Positions 18,383 through 28,082 are shown, counted from the first letter of the stretch. The stretch is 64,000 nucleotides of DNA from Thermomicrobiales bacterium (GCA_020432165.1 JAGQGU010000001.1:273705-337704); one strand, 5' to 3'. Translations and numbers: made by a program. Notes: generated by a model from the letters alone, not told the origin.

Positions 18383-19192
18383 ATGAGTTCATTGGCTACA
18401 CGTGTGTGCGAGATTCTCCGAAAGAGCCCCTCGGGCCTCTTCAGTGATTTTGATGGAGTCCTGAGCGAGATCGCTCCGACTCCCGCCGCTGCCTTTGCCC
18501 ATCCCGGAGTGGCAGACACCTTTCATCGTATCGCCGAAGATGTGGACGTGGCAGGAATCATCACCGGTCGTGCCGTCGATGACGTCAACCGGATGTTCCC
18601 GATCGACACGCTCACCGTTGTCGGGAATCATGGTCTGGAATGGTGGGAGCAGGGAAGTCGTCACGATCATCCTGCGGGTGTGGAAGCGGTGCAAGCCATT
18701 GCGACGGTAATGGCTGAAACCGAGAAGCAACTTTCCGCCCAGATGGATACCACCGGCATGATTTGGGAGAACAAGCGACTTAGCAGCACCGTTCATTTCC
18801 GCAATGTGGATGACCCCGCCGCCGTGGAGTCCGCACTATTGCCTATCGTGCAACCTCTGGCGGATGCGCATAATCTCCGCTGTACCTTCGGGAAAATGAT
18901 CATTGAGTTCCGCCCTCAGGCACATGTCACCAAGGGCACTGCATTGGCGCAATTGGTAGAACAGCACGGTCTGAGAGCCGTCATTTTCGCGGGCGATGAT
19001 GTGACCGATGTCGATGGCTTTCGGACATTGCACGAGTTGCGAGCGCAGGGAGTAAAGACATTGGCTATTGGCGTGGTCACGCCCGATGCCCACCCGGATG
19101 TTGCCGCCTACGCTGACGTCACCGTCGGATCCGTTGCGGAATTCGCAACCATGCTGGCTGAGGTGGCTGATTGCCTGGAGCGACCGCGATGA
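18383..19192 (+). CDS. otsB: Trehalose-phosphatase (HAD superfamily)
   Basis: HAD motif I in the trehalose-phosphatase form (LFSDFDGVLSEI), KGTALAQL and FAGDDVTDVDGF (motif III). The length is typical of OtsB. Confidence 0.8.
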   Translation: MSSLATRVCEILRKSPSGLFSDFDGVLSEIAPTPAAAFAHPGVADTFHRIAEDVDVAGIITGRAVDDVNRMFPIDTLTVVGNHGLEWWEQGSRHDHPAGVEAVQAIATVMAETEKQLSAQMDTTGMIWENKRLSSTVHFRNVDDPAAVESALLPIVQPLADAHNLRCTFGKMIIEFRPQAHVTKGTALAQLVEQHGLRAVIFAGDDVTDVDGFRTLHELRAQGVKTLAIGVVTPDAHPDVAAYADVTVGSVAEFATMLAEVADCLERPR

Positions 19193-19695
19193 TTCGTCGG
19201 ACTGTCATATCCATCCTTGCCGCTCTCATGATCTGCACACCGCTTGCTGTTGCTGCGGAAGCGACTCTGCCGCCATGGCGACGTGATCTCCCCGATGGTC
19301 GTGAGCAAGCGACGATTGTTGTCGGCGAGACGGAAGTCACCGTGGATCTTGCGCTCACATCGTCCCAGCAGTCGCTCGGACTTGGCTATCGCAATGGCCT
19401 GGATGAAGATCACGGAATGCTTTTCGTCTTCGATAACTATCGATCTCGCACATTCTGGATGAAGGGCATGCGCTTTTGCCTCGATATCATCTGGATTCGC
19501 GACGATGTGATTGTCGGCGCGGCTGAGTCGGTCTGTCCTGATCCCGATGGAACCATTGATGCCGATCGTGCCACCTTTGAGTCAGTCGAATCTGTGAACT
19601 ACGTGTTGGAGATGGATGCTGGTTGGCTGGATTCTCACGGCTACGGACCAGGCACGCATGTCGATTTCAGCCAACTGCCCGAGTTTGGCAACTAA
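19189..19695 (+). CDS. DUF192 domain protein (secreted)
   Basis: ATG 19189 overlaps the otsB stop (ATGA). It has a signal-like N-terminus and the DUF192 pattern GLGYRNGLDEDHGMLFVF..RTFWMKGMRFCLDIIWI. Confidence 0.75.
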   Translation: MIRRTVISILAALMICTPLAVAAEATLPPWRRDLPDGREQATIVVGETEVTVDLALTSSQQSLGLGYRNGLDEDHGMLFVFDNYRSRTFWMKGMRFCLDIIWIRDDVIVGAAESVCPDPDGTIDADRATFESVESVNYVLEMDAGWLDSHGYGPGTHVDFSQLPEFGN

Positions 19696-19721
19696 TCTGC
19701 TGACCTCATCCCGACCGGATG

Positions 19722-20351
19722 CTATCCTCGCCCTAATCCTGTCTCTGCCGCCCGTAGCGCCTTCTCCAGACGCGCCTGCCGCATGCTCATCGTGACATCG
19801 CCACGTGTTCGTTCCAGCACCGCCCGAAACTGATCGGTGGTGCGTCGGAGTCCACCTGTGATCGAATCCGGGAAATCCACCGTCACGAGCAGATCGTAAA
19901 TCTGTTCCATCAGCGCCAGCAGTCGCTCGGCCTCATCCGTATGATCGTGGCGGAGCGCATCCAGCGTGTCTCGTCGTAGCTCGCTGCCTGCCTCGGCGAG
20001 TCCATTCAGCCAGGCCGCATCCTCGACGCCAATCTCGCCAGCTGCAGGGATTTCGGAACCCGCCAACAGGCTGGCGGTGATCGCTGCCTCGGCATATTCC
20101 TTCATCGCATCCTGCACGTAGCCCGCCCAATAGACCGAAGGATAGTCGGCGGTCACCGTCGCAACCTCCGTCAGCAGTTCGCGAGCTTCAGCAAGGAGAA
20201 GAGTGGCGTCCTCGCCTCGATGCAACGCGCGGATTGCGTTGGCGCTGAGACGCACAATCGTGCGCGTGGTGTTCACCGCCGTATCACGCGCATTGCTCAT
20301 CGCCGCCATTCGCGCGATCGTTTCAGTCATTAGGTCGTTCAGATTGGGCAT
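19722..20351 (-). CDS. Translin-family protein
   Basis: 209 aa from ATG 20351 (GAGGAGG upstream). The protein looks all-helical. Segments YWAGYVQDAMKEYAEA and WLNGLAEAGSELRRDTLDAL resemble the conserved translin/TRAX helices as I recall them. Confidence 0.7.
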   Translation of the reverse strand: MPNLNDLMTETIARMAAMSNARDTAVNTTRTIVRLSANAIRALHRGEDATLLLAEARELLTEVATVTADYPSVYWAGYVQDAMKEYAEAAITASLLAGSEIPAAGEIGVEDAAWLNGLAEAGSELRRDTLDALRHDHTDEAERLLALMEQIYDLLVTVDFPDSITGGLRRTTDQFRAVLERTRGDVTMSMRQARLEKALRAAETGLGRG

Positions 20352-20418
20352 CTTCGCCTCCTCGAAATCCGGATTCTGCTGCAGCAAGCATAGTTCAGCA
20401 AAGAGTGGATGATTTTTG

Positions 20419-20448
20419 TTGACGTTGCACTGCAAATGCACCTATACT
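20419..20448 (+). promoter_or_regulatory. Candidate sigma-70-type promoter for the tRNA-Ala gene
   Basis: TTGACG (20419-20424), an 18-nt spacer, then TATACT (20443-20448), about 60 nt upstream of the tRNA 5' end. Confidence 0.35.
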
Positions 20449-20510
20449 GCTTTTGCTCCGAACGGGTACATCCGGTACGAGCAGGCGGGAGATATCTTTC
20501 GCACACCCAT

Positions 20511-20586
20511 GGGGCCGTAGCTCAGCTGGGAGAGCACCACACTGGCAGTGTGGGGGTCAGGGGTTCGAGTCCCCTCGGCTCCACCA
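20511..20586 (+). tRNA. tRNA-Ala (anticodon GGC), CCA encoded
   Basis: Full cloverleaf is readable. The acceptor GGGGCCG pairs with CGGCTCC, the D arm is GCTCAGCTGGGAGAGC, the anticodon stem CCACA/TGTGG carries loop CTGGCAG, the T arm is AGGGGTTCGAGTCCCCT, and the discriminator A is followed by CCA. Confidence 0.95.
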
Positions 20587-20587
20587 T

Positions 20588-20625
20588 AAACAGCGTCGTA
20601 TAAATCGACGCTGTTTTTTGTTTTT
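20588..20625 (+). terminator. Rho-independent terminator after tRNA-Ala
   Basis: AAACAGCGTCG (20588-20598) pairs with CGACGCTGTTT (20606-20616). The loop is 7 nt and a long T run follows. Confidence 0.85.
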
Positions 20626-20720
20626 CTCGTCTGGCGCGTTTCAGTATCTGCTTGGGTAGGTTCCGATGATACGATTCGTTATCATCCTGGTGACCGAACT
20701 CCCGAGGAGACTACACGCAT

Positions 20721-21638
20721 ATGTCGTCGAGTAGCACTATCCACATGTCGCACGGGAGTTTCACCCGCAAGGGATGGCTCCTTTTTGCCGTGATGGCAGT
20801 GGTATGGGGTATGCCATACCTGTTTATCAAGGAAGCGGTTGCCTCCTACCCACCTGTCGCTGTGGTAGCCGGTCGCACGCTTATTGGAGGTGTGGTACTG
20901 CTGCCCTTCGCCATTCGTGCGGGGGCACTGAGACCGGCCTTACAGGTTTGGCCCTGGGTGCTCCTCTTCGGTACGATCGAGATGGCCGGGCCATTTCTAT
21001 TGCTCAGCCACGCGGAAACGCAGTTGCCCTCCGGGCTAACCGGGTTACTGGTGGCAACCGTGCCGTTGTTTGCTACTCTGATCGCGCTATTACGTGGCGA
21101 TCGATCTGCTCTCACGTCGCTACGGTTGGTTGGGTTGGCAATGGGGTTCACCGGAGTTGCTATCGTGGTGATTGGCCCAGGTCTCGTCACGCACGATACC
21201 GGCAGCATTGTCGCCATCGTCGAGGTGCTGTTCACGGCGGTACTCTACGCAATAGCACCTTTCGTTATCGCAGCGAAACTTTCGCATGTGCCCTCGCTCG
21301 GGACAATCACCTTTGCCCTCTTCGCCATTGGCCTGGCGTACTTGCCCGCCGCGCTATTGGTCACCGACGGCAGCCCCACGTTCCGCGCGACTGCATCCCT
21401 GGTACTGCTCGGCGTGATCTGTACCGCTCTGGCATTCGTAGTCTTCTTCGCGCTGATTCGAGAGGTCGGGCCAGTACGTGCTCCTCTCTTTACCTATGTG
21501 AATCCATTTGTTGCCATGATCCTTGGGGTCATGCTGCTCTCTGAGCCGGTCACGCCGGGGTTGCTGATCGGATTCCCAATCGTGTTGATTGGTTGTTGGC
21601 TGGCGGCCACTGGTGGGCGGCTACGCTCTGCGGAGTAA
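20721..21638 (+). CDS. DMT-superfamily (EamA-type) transporter
   Basis: 305 aa with about 10 hydrophobic segments in two EamA-like halves (WGMPYLFIKEAV.. and the repeated second half). Confidence 0.85.
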   Translation: MSSSSTIHMSHGSFTRKGWLLFAVMAVVWGMPYLFIKEAVASYPPVAVVAGRTLIGGVVLLPFAIRAGALRPALQVWPWVLLFGTIEMAGPFLLLSHAETQLPSGLTGLLVATVPLFATLIALLRGDRSALTSLRLVGLAMGFTGVAIVVIGPGLVTHDTGSIVAIVEVLFTAVLYAIAPFVIAAKLSHVPSLGTITFALFAIGLAYLPAALLVTDGSPTFRATASLVLLGVICTALAFVVFFALIREVGPVRAPLFTYVNPFVAMILGVMLLSEPVTPGLLIGFPIVLIGCWLAATGGRLRSAE

Positions 21639-21715
21639 GGGCCGGACTTACCGACGTTTACATGCCTGCGGTATGATACCGCCGTGAACAGCGTCAACAA
21701 AACGGAGAACCGACA

Positions 21716-22699
21716 ATGTGCAACGGTAATCACTTGAGGATTCTCTTGCTCGGCGGTACGGGCTTTCTCGGGCGAGCGATCACGGCTGCGGCTGTCACCC
21801 GCGGGCATGAGATCACATGCCTCGCGCGAGGAAACGGCGAGATCCTGGACGGCACGGTCTTCGTTCAGGCTGACCGTGACGATGACAACACCTTGGCGGC
21901 TGTTTCAGATCAGAGTTGGGACGCGGTCATTGATTTGACGCGTCATCCGGTGCACGCCAGGCGAGCAGTTCGAGACCTCAGCGCGCAGCATTGGGTCTAC
22001 GTCTCTACAAGTAGCGTGTATATCAGGGGCGACGTTCTTGAACAAGACGAGACAGGCCCTGTGGTGGACGCCCTCGATAGTGACTTCCTGACCGATATGT
22101 CTCTCTACGGCGCGGCGAAAGTCGCCTGCGAAAACGTCTATCGCGAACATCGCGCATCGCACACCATCATTCGATCCGGTCTCATCGGCGGCAACGGGGA
22201 TCATACAGGCAGAACAGGTTACTACCCGTGGCGGTTCGCTCATGCTTCCGGTGAAGACGTGCTGGTGCCGGATCCTACCTTTCCGGTTGCGATGATCGAC
22301 GTTGAAGACCTGGCCGCATGGATTATCGCGTGTGCTGAACAGCAGCACTACGGCACATTTAACGCCACAGGGAACACCACAACACTGTCCGAAGTGCTTG
22401 ACCTCTCGCAGAAGATCACCGGGTCTGGCGCAGTGCCATATGTCGTTAGTAATGAGGTTCTCGATGCACATGGCATCGGATCCTGGATGGGACCGAAGTC
22501 GCTTCCGCTGTGGGTCAACGATCCCAGATTCCGTTACGTGGCAACGCTCGATACCACCGCAGCTCGCAAACATGGGTTGACCTTACGCCCGTTGCGCGAT
22601 ACGCTCGCTGCCGCTCTGGAGTATGAAGAACACCGCCAGCAACCCAGGCTGGCGGGTCTTAGCGACGAGGAAGAAGAGCAGCTGCGTCAAGGCATATAA
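21716..22699 (+). CDS. NAD-dependent epimerase/dehydratase family (extended SDR) protein
   Basis: N-terminal Rossmann motif ILLLGGTGFLGRAI and a YGAAK catalytic-type motif (SLYGAAKVACE). Confidence 0.8.
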   Translation: MCNGNHLRILLLGGTGFLGRAITAAAVTRGHEITCLARGNGEILDGTVFVQADRDDDNTLAAVSDQSWDAVIDLTRHPVHARRAVRDLSAQHWVYVSTSSVYIRGDVLEQDETGPVVDALDSDFLTDMSLYGAAKVACENVYREHRASHTIIRSGLIGGNGDHTGRTGYYPWRFAHASGEDVLVPDPTFPVAMIDVEDLAAWIIACAEQQHYGTFNATGNTTTLSEVLDLSQKITGSGAVPYVVSNEVLDAHGIGSWMGPKSLPLWVNDPRFRYVATLDTTAARKHGLTLRPLRDTLAAALEYEEHRQQPRLAGLSDEEEEQLRQGI

Positions 22700-22843
22700 C
22701 CACTCCCTCCCGAAGAACATGTGCATGGAAGGCTCCGGTTTGTGTTTGGTACCTGCCTTTCCCGAGAGCGGCTCACCATAGCAATTGTGGATCGGACTCA
22801 ATATCGGTGGCCGCCTGATCAGGAATGCGGGTGAGGAGCCTCA

Positions 22844-25800
22844 TCAATTCGGGTCAAACACCATCTCCCGGGTTTCGCATGGTGCGAGTCCAAACCCTCC
22901 AAGATAGTGGAGCGAAACCAGCATGCCTCGCTCAAGATCCTGCATATAGACGAAGAACGAGCCATCGTTTTGGACGTTCGAGTACGCTGTTCGTTGGTCT
23001 TCTACAGGCTCGTCTTCGTAACGGGCGACAAGGAGGATGGTGCCATGGTCGGCAAGACTGCCATCGCCGCGTCTGACCGTACCGAGAACACCAGGTTCAG
23101 CATAGAAGGCGATATCACGAATTTCGGTGCCCCGGCCCGAACGAATCTCGAGTGAGGCTCCACCCGTGCAGGATGCCGAGCACACACCATGAACCCGTCC
23201 CGAAACATCAAGCACATTGCTCATCTCCCACATCGCCGATCGATTGGCGTCTATGAAGGTTGCCCAAACGGGATCGCCATCCAGACACTCTGTCATGACC
23301 TGAATCTCGCGAGTTTGCTGGGCTGGAAGCCGAACCCAACTATGCTCCACATACGTACGGTAAAACGGTGTTGATTGGCGCACCGCGGGGAAGATGACCG
23401 CGGTATCGTCGGTTGGGTTCTCCAGCTTGATGGTGAAGCGCTTGCGTGCTGACGGCGAGCCACTTTCCGACCAGAACTTGTCATAGTTGGACTGCGCGAA
23501 GTTGTCGCGATCACTGTGCTCATGGATGGCGGGGTCAGTGGCGTCCTCGTAAAGAGGGATATCGACGGTGATGCAATAGTGACCGCTGCTCGGTGCAACC
23601 CACGGCTTTTCGAGTTCCAGTTTGCCGACGTCGTTTGGCTTGATGGTGACCGCCTTCGACTTCCCCAGAGGTTCCAGCGTCGCGGGAGGGGAATCCGCCG
23701 CATTCGTCGTCAGGTTCTTGATGGAGAAATAGGCCACGACATCTTTGGCTTCAAGTCCACCGTGATTCTTCACAGTGGCATAGACACGGTTCGGGTTTCC
23801 ACCCCAGGGTACATTTAGCCACGCGTTGTCAGCATCGCTCTTCGCGTTTTCGATGAGGATGTCCGGACTCTGCCATTGCTTGTCACCATTTGGCCAGGGA
23901 CGAATGGATAGTTCGGGCGTAACCTGGGAGTTGTAACGAATCTGCAGATCGGCGCGGTCATCGTAGACAGCCTGAACCGTCGCCACAAAGTCTTTCGGCG
24001 CGCCCTCCGTAAAGTCGGGTTCCTTATAGTTCTGGCCTACGCCAAGGAAAGCACCCTGTGTGAGCTTGCCATCAGAGTCGTCGATGCCATCGTGATCGTC
24101 ACCAAGGCGCATCACCATCGGGCGTACGTCGTAGTTTTGAGCACCTTCGGGCGAGACCATATCTGTACCCATAACAACTTTTGGTTTGGGAAGAGCGGTA
24201 TCACCGATCGCCCCGGCGATTCCATTCCGGTACTCAAAGTAGTAATTACGGCCCTCAGCAATGCGGATTTCGACGCCCCGCAGAGAGTCGGCCGGAATGG
24301 TCGTCTGCTCCAATGCGTAGATTGTGGGCGTGGCAAGTACCGCGCCGCCTCCATTGTTCGCGAAGTTGAACGAGAGCACTTCCTTCGCATCAATCCAACC
24401 CAACGCCATCCGAATCGGCAGACTGAACTGGGGTAGATCCTTCTCGCGAGCCATCGGATCCCAGTCTCGTAGCGCAAATTGATCCAGGCCCTGATTCATC
24501 CAGTCGGTGATGTACAGATCAGGCAAGCCGAGTGTATGTCCGAGCTCATGGATGAGCGTTGCGTAGATCGCCCGGTTGCTCTTGTCGACCTGGGTCCAGT
24601 CCTCCGGCATCATGAGCATTGGCATGGCGCGGTCACTGCCCTTTGGTTTGTAGTCGGGTGTGGTTTGTTGGGGCCAGACGAACCGACCGATACTCGTTGA
24701 CGTGGGCGGTGAAATGGATGTGTCAGGACGGTTCAGCGTGCGTACCACAAAGACCACCGCATCAGTGTTCAGTAGATTAACCACCGGAGGTTTGGGTGGA
24801 CTCGCAGCCGCATTGGCGGCGTTCGCTACCTCCAGTGCCGAGGCAAATGCCCTCCACGTATCAGGTTTTGGATTCCAACGTCTCGGCAGCATGGTACCAG
24901 GATTCGCGGCATCCTCCTTCGTCTCGAGCTCGAAGTAGTCATCCCAGGAGCCAGCGGCACTCACGACATCGGCAATATCGTTGCCGACGAGGCTCATGGT
25001 GAGTTTTCCGTACGACGTCTCTTTGTAGTAATCGATAACTGAGCGTTTAACGCCGCCAACGGTGATCCCGTTGACCATTGCGTCTCGCCAATCATCCCGA
25101 ATCGTCTTGAGATCGTTTCCGGTGGGGAATCTTCTGCTTGATGTGTCTATCGGTACAATCGCGACTCGCCAGGTGGAGGGGATCTCTATCGCTTTGATAT
25201 TTTGTGGTCCGTTATCCCCACCACCCCAGGCCGCATGGACGATCGGAGCACGCAGTTCGCCGGTGACCGAATAGCTTGGTCCCTCGTTGGTGTCGGGCCA
25301 GCGATCGGTGATCTCAAACTCAACACGCCCCACCGTCTCGCCTGTGGCCTTATTGCGAGCGGTGACAATGCTTCGCCCGGTTCGCCAGCCACCTGTTACC
25401 AGCAAGTGCGGTGCAGCAGGATCAAAGGTTTCGTCCTTCGAGGGAGATACGGCACCGAGATCCTGGTTTTCCACCGATAGCTCCACATCATCGAAGCTCA
25501 GTCCGCTCCCGGTTGTATCCGCGCGCACGGCCGTATAGCCACCGATGAACATGGCTTCGTCGTCAATGGTCAGTAAAACAGGATCGACGATGCCAAGGGG
25601 CAGCGTGGTCTGCATAACCTGCGTTCCCGTAGTGAACAGCACGCCGCTGTTCTCCACAAATGTGACGGCACGGATCGCATCCGCAACACCGGCCAGACTT
25701 GAGAGCGTTCGTATGGTGCCATCGCCCACGATTGCCGGGGAGCCATTCGGTGCAGCGACAAGTGACCATTTGGGCGCGACGGCGGTGATGCGACCGCTGA

Positions 25801-26392
25801 ACGCCAGGGGATTCGGTGTGAGTGTGCGCACCGTGCCAACACTCAGATCGACCAGCTGTACTGTCGTACCTCCCTGAACCGCGGATAGTACCTGGACCGT
25901 ATGGTTATTAGGATCAATTTCCGCAGGGAGAGCAGCGAGATCGAATGCCCCGGCCAACGCCGGTACAACGGTGCGCACAGAGGCGCCAGGGGTGTTTCCG
26001 AGTGTGTAGATATCCAGTCGAGGTCCGTTGGTGCTATCGAGTACCGCCAGCGCGCTTGCGTTGGCATCGGTGACAAGTGCCATTCCACGCAGGGCTCCCG
26101 GCTGGTTCGCGAAGGCGGTGGCACTGGCGCGGTCGGCGTGATTGATTGAGGCGGACCAGAGTCCATCGGCATCGGCAACAATCACCTGGTTGCCATTAAT
26201 GACGACGTTCGTGGGATCTGCGTATCCGCTGCCAATTGGACGCGACTCATATGTACCGTCGTCGTCTTGTCGCAGGAGGTCAAGGAGCGTGAGCTTGCCT
26301 GACTTCTCTGCCAAAACCGCAACTCTCCGGCTGCTTGAGAAGCCAATCGCGGTGATATCGGTGAATCCTGATGAAACAACTGATAGTTCCAT
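22844..26392 (-). CDS. Large M6-like (immune-inhibitor-A-type) zinc metalloprotease with N-terminal repeat domain and C-terminal CARDB-like domain
   Basis: 1182-aa ORF with GGGGG 5 nt before the ATG. HELGHTLGLPDLY lies at residues ~615-627 (HELGH encoded at 24536-24550). Upstream of it is VIDYYKETSYGKLTM, typical of the M6 domain. The first ~330 aa are G/T/V/A-rich beta-repeat-like, and a CARDB-like segment (VYATVKNHGGLEAKDVVAYFSIKN) follows. No signal peptide is visible. Confidence 0.8.
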   Translation of the reverse strand: MELSVVSSGFTDITAIGFSSSRRVAVLAEKSGKLTLLDLLRQDDDGTYESRPIGSGYADPTNVVINGNQVIVADADGLWSASINHADRASATAFANQPGALRGMALVTDANASALAVLDSTNGPRLDIYTLGNTPGASVRTVVPALAGAFDLAALPAEIDPNNHTVQVLSAVQGGTTVQLVDLSVGTVRTLTPNPLAFSGRITAVAPKWSLVAAPNGSPAIVGDGTIRTLSSLAGVADAIRAVTFVENSGVLFTTGTQVMQTTLPLGIVDPVLLTIDDEAMFIGGYTAVRADTTGSGLSFDDVELSVENQDLGAVSPSKDETFDPAAPHLLVTGGWRTGRSIVTARNKATGETVGRVEFEITDRWPDTNEGPSYSVTGELRAPIVHAAWGGGDNGPQNIKAIEIPSTWRVAIVPIDTSSRRFPTGNDLKTIRDDWRDAMVNGITVGGVKRSVIDYYKETSYGKLTMSLVGNDIADVVSAAGSWDDYFELETKEDAANPGTMLPRRWNPKPDTWRAFASALEVANAANAAASPPKPPVVNLLNTDAVVFVVRTLNRPDTSISPPTSTSIGRFVWPQQTTPDYKPKGSDRAMPMLMMPEDWTQVDKSNRAIYATLIHELGHTLGLPDLYITDWMNQGLDQFALRDWDPMAREKDLPQFSLPIRMALGWIDAKEVLSFNFANNGGGAVLATPTIYALEQTTIPADSLRGVEIRIAEGRNYYFEYRNGIAGAIGDTALPKPKVVMGTDMVSPEGAQNYDVRPMVMRLGDDHDGIDDSDGKLTQGAFLGVGQNYKEPDFTEGAPKDFVATVQAVYDDRADLQIRYNSQVTPELSIRPWPNGDKQWQSPDILIENAKSDADNAWLNVPWGGNPNRVYATVKNHGGLEAKDVVAYFSIKNLTTNAADSPPATLEPLGKSKAVTIKPNDVGKLELEKPWVAPSSGHYCITVDIPLYEDATDPAIHEHSDRDNFAQSNYDKFWSESGSPSARKRFTIKLENPTDDTAVIFPAVRQSTPFYRTYVEHSWVRLPAQQTREIQVMTECLDGDPVWATFIDANRSAMWEMSNVLDVSGRVHGVCSASCTGGASLEIRSGRGTEIRDIAFYAEPGVLGTVRRGDGSLADHGTILLVARYEDEPVEDQRTAYSNVQNDGSFFVYMQDLERGMLVSLHYLGGFGLAPCETREMVFDPN

Positions 26393-26641
26393 GATTACCC
26401 CCTAACGACCAGGGGTAACTCGTGGCCCACCTGGCCAGTACGGTTGAGACATATGAAGTTCTGTATGACTGGGTATCTGGTTAATGCGTCCAGTATCCTC
26501 CTGGGTCTTGCTTCTGTCAATAGGTAGAAAATTCGGCAAAGAAGCGTGACATGCAACCCGTGCTTGATTTTCATGGTGTTGAGTTGATGGATGGTGTTGC
26601 TGGAATCAGTGGGGTGGGTGGATCTGCGCATAGATCGCCGC

Positions 26642-26806
26642 ATTTTCGAAAGTAGCCTCGAACCTCGTTCGCGTATGCGCAAGGGGGCCGAGGTACATTC
26701 CAGCACCTTGGTCATCATCTGCTTCCACAATCACAAACGTCTCCACCAGGCACCTGGGTACCAAACTCCCATTCAGACTCTCGCATTCTCATATGTATCG
26801 AACTAG
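26642..26806 (+). pseudogene. Relic of the C-terminal end of an rve-type (IS3/IS481-like) transposase/integrase
   Basis: A short ORF ends IFESSLEPRSRM..VIICFHNHKRLHQAPGYQTPIQTL. This mimics the conserved ..F.S.EE....YN..RPH.ALGY.TP tail of DDE integrases. No catalytic core lies upstream, and the surrounding region is lower-GC and non-coding. Confidence 0.4.
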
Positions 26807-26818
26807 CACACGAGCTTG
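26794..26818 (+). repeat. Copy A of a ~25-nt imperfect direct repeat
   Basis: TGTATCGAACTAGCACACGAGCTTG compared with 28376-28400 TGTATTGAACTAGCACACGAAGTTG gives 22/25 identical, including a perfect 14-mer GAACTAGCACACGA. Confidence 0.35.
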
Positions 26819-26882
26819 GACTGTCCGCCTAAACATGAAACAATTGCCCCGGAAGATAGACGATGCCACAAGGAGTCATCAG

Positions 26883-28082
26883 ATGTTTCAACAAGGCGAT
26901 GTCGCGACTCTCGGACCGTGGCGGCTGACTTTGACCAGTTCAGTCGGTGGTGCCGAAGCAGATGTACTGGTAGCTGGCTGGAACTCAGCGAATGCCGCGG
27001 CTCCTGACGGATTGAGTTATGTTGTTGCGACGCTATCAGTCGAGAACATTGGCACTCGTGATCAGGTCATTGGGCTATCTGATTTCTTGGTGACTGGCAA
27101 GGATGGCGTGATTCGGCACCCACCAACTATCTCAATTGACGACCAGGCACTCCAGGGAATCGTCGCTCCTGGAGGGACTCTGACGGGACATGTTCCGTTG
27201 CTTGTCGATGATTTTGAAAGCTGCGTGCTATGGTTTGAGAGCACACTAATTGGCGGAAACTGGGCAAATGCCACATTCGCTTTGGGCCCTTCCGCCGAAG
27301 TGCCGACATTCCCGACAACAACTTCCGCCAGCGACTATGTTGAAGGGTCCGTGGATTCACCGGCCGCATTCGGAGAATTCATTAAGGTTGGAGACTGGGA
27401 AGTAACCCTCACTGACATCGCAGAAGGTCAGGCAGTGTTTGATATGGCCACTTCAGAACTGCGGGCACTTGGTCAGTCAGCCCCTGAAGATATTCCAAAT
27501 TGGTTGGCAGTCTATGGAAAAATCAAGAATGTTGCTCCGGTTAAGTCGTTTTTCTCCCCAACTGCGCTGAGGCTCGCTGACGAGTCAGGCGAACCGTGGG
27601 ACCATATCCTGGCGCTAACCCCGCCGCCGCCTGATCTGAGATGCTATTTATTACCTGGTGCTAGCCATGAAGGTTGGGCCGCATTCCAGCGCACTGATTA
27701 CGGCTCGGAAGGAGCAATTTATTCAACTGCCCACTTAATCCAGGTTCGACCATATGCCTTGACCGATACTCCCAAATATTTCAGCATCCCGAACGCATCC
27801 TCTAGCAACGCCGCTGGTGCAACAGTTGAGGAGACTGACGAGACACAACTGCCTCTTCAGTTGGCAGTGGGCGACGAGGTGGTTACAACTGAAGATGCCG
27901 TCAATCTTCGTGCGGAACCCTCAATCGAGGGCGAGATCGTGACAGTGTTGGAGAAAGGGGTGACATTGGAAATTGTCGCTGGCTCTGTCGAGGCAGATGG
28001 CTATGTTTGGTTTCCAGTTGAGACCACCGATTTGAGGTATGAGGGGTTCGTCGTACAAGATTTCATCGCTTCAACAAGCTGA
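26883..28082 (+). CDS. Protein with two DUF4352-like Ig-fold domains and a C-terminal SH3b-like domain, no signal peptide
   Basis: ATG 26883 is preferred because AAGGAG lies 7 nt upstream. The ORF track starts at 26793. There are two DUF4352-like units (GPWRLTLTS..YVVATLSVENIGT..FLVTGKDG and VGDWEVTLTD..WLAVYGKIKNVA..LRLADESGE). The C-terminus (VNLRAEPSIEGEIVTVLEKGVTLEIV..GYVWFPV) looks like a bacterial SH3. Confidence 0.75.
   Translation: MFQQGDVATLGPWRLTLTSSVGGAEADVLVAGWNSANAAAPDGLSYVVATLSVENIGTRDQVIGLSDFLVTGKDGVIRHPPTISIDDQALQGIVAPGGTLTGHVPLLVDDFESCVLWFESTLIGGNWANATFALGPSAEVPTFPTTTSASDYVEGSVDSPAAFGEFIKVGDWEVTLTDIAEGQAVFDMATSELRALGQSAPEDIPNWLAVYGKIKNVAPVKSFFSPTALRLADESGEPWDHILALTPPPPDLRCYLLPGASHEGWAAFQRTDYGSEGAIYSTAHLIQVRPYALTDTPKYFSIPNASSSNAAGATVEETDETQLPLQLAVGDEVVTTEDAVNLRAEPSIEGEIVTVLEKGVTLEIVAGSVEADGYVWFPVETTDLRYEGFVVQDFIASTS

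Noticed and set aside
20774-21544. 256-aa alternative-frame ORF inside the EamA transporter gene
   Set aside because: The overlapping frame at 20721..21638 gives a clean 10-TM DMT protein. The alternative frame is Arg/Gly-rich with no TM pattern.
26395-26730. 111-aa minus-strand ORF upstream of the M6-like protease
   Set aside because: It lies in a lower-GC region with odd composition and no RBS. It overlaps the integrase-tail relic on the other strand, so it is more likely non-coding.
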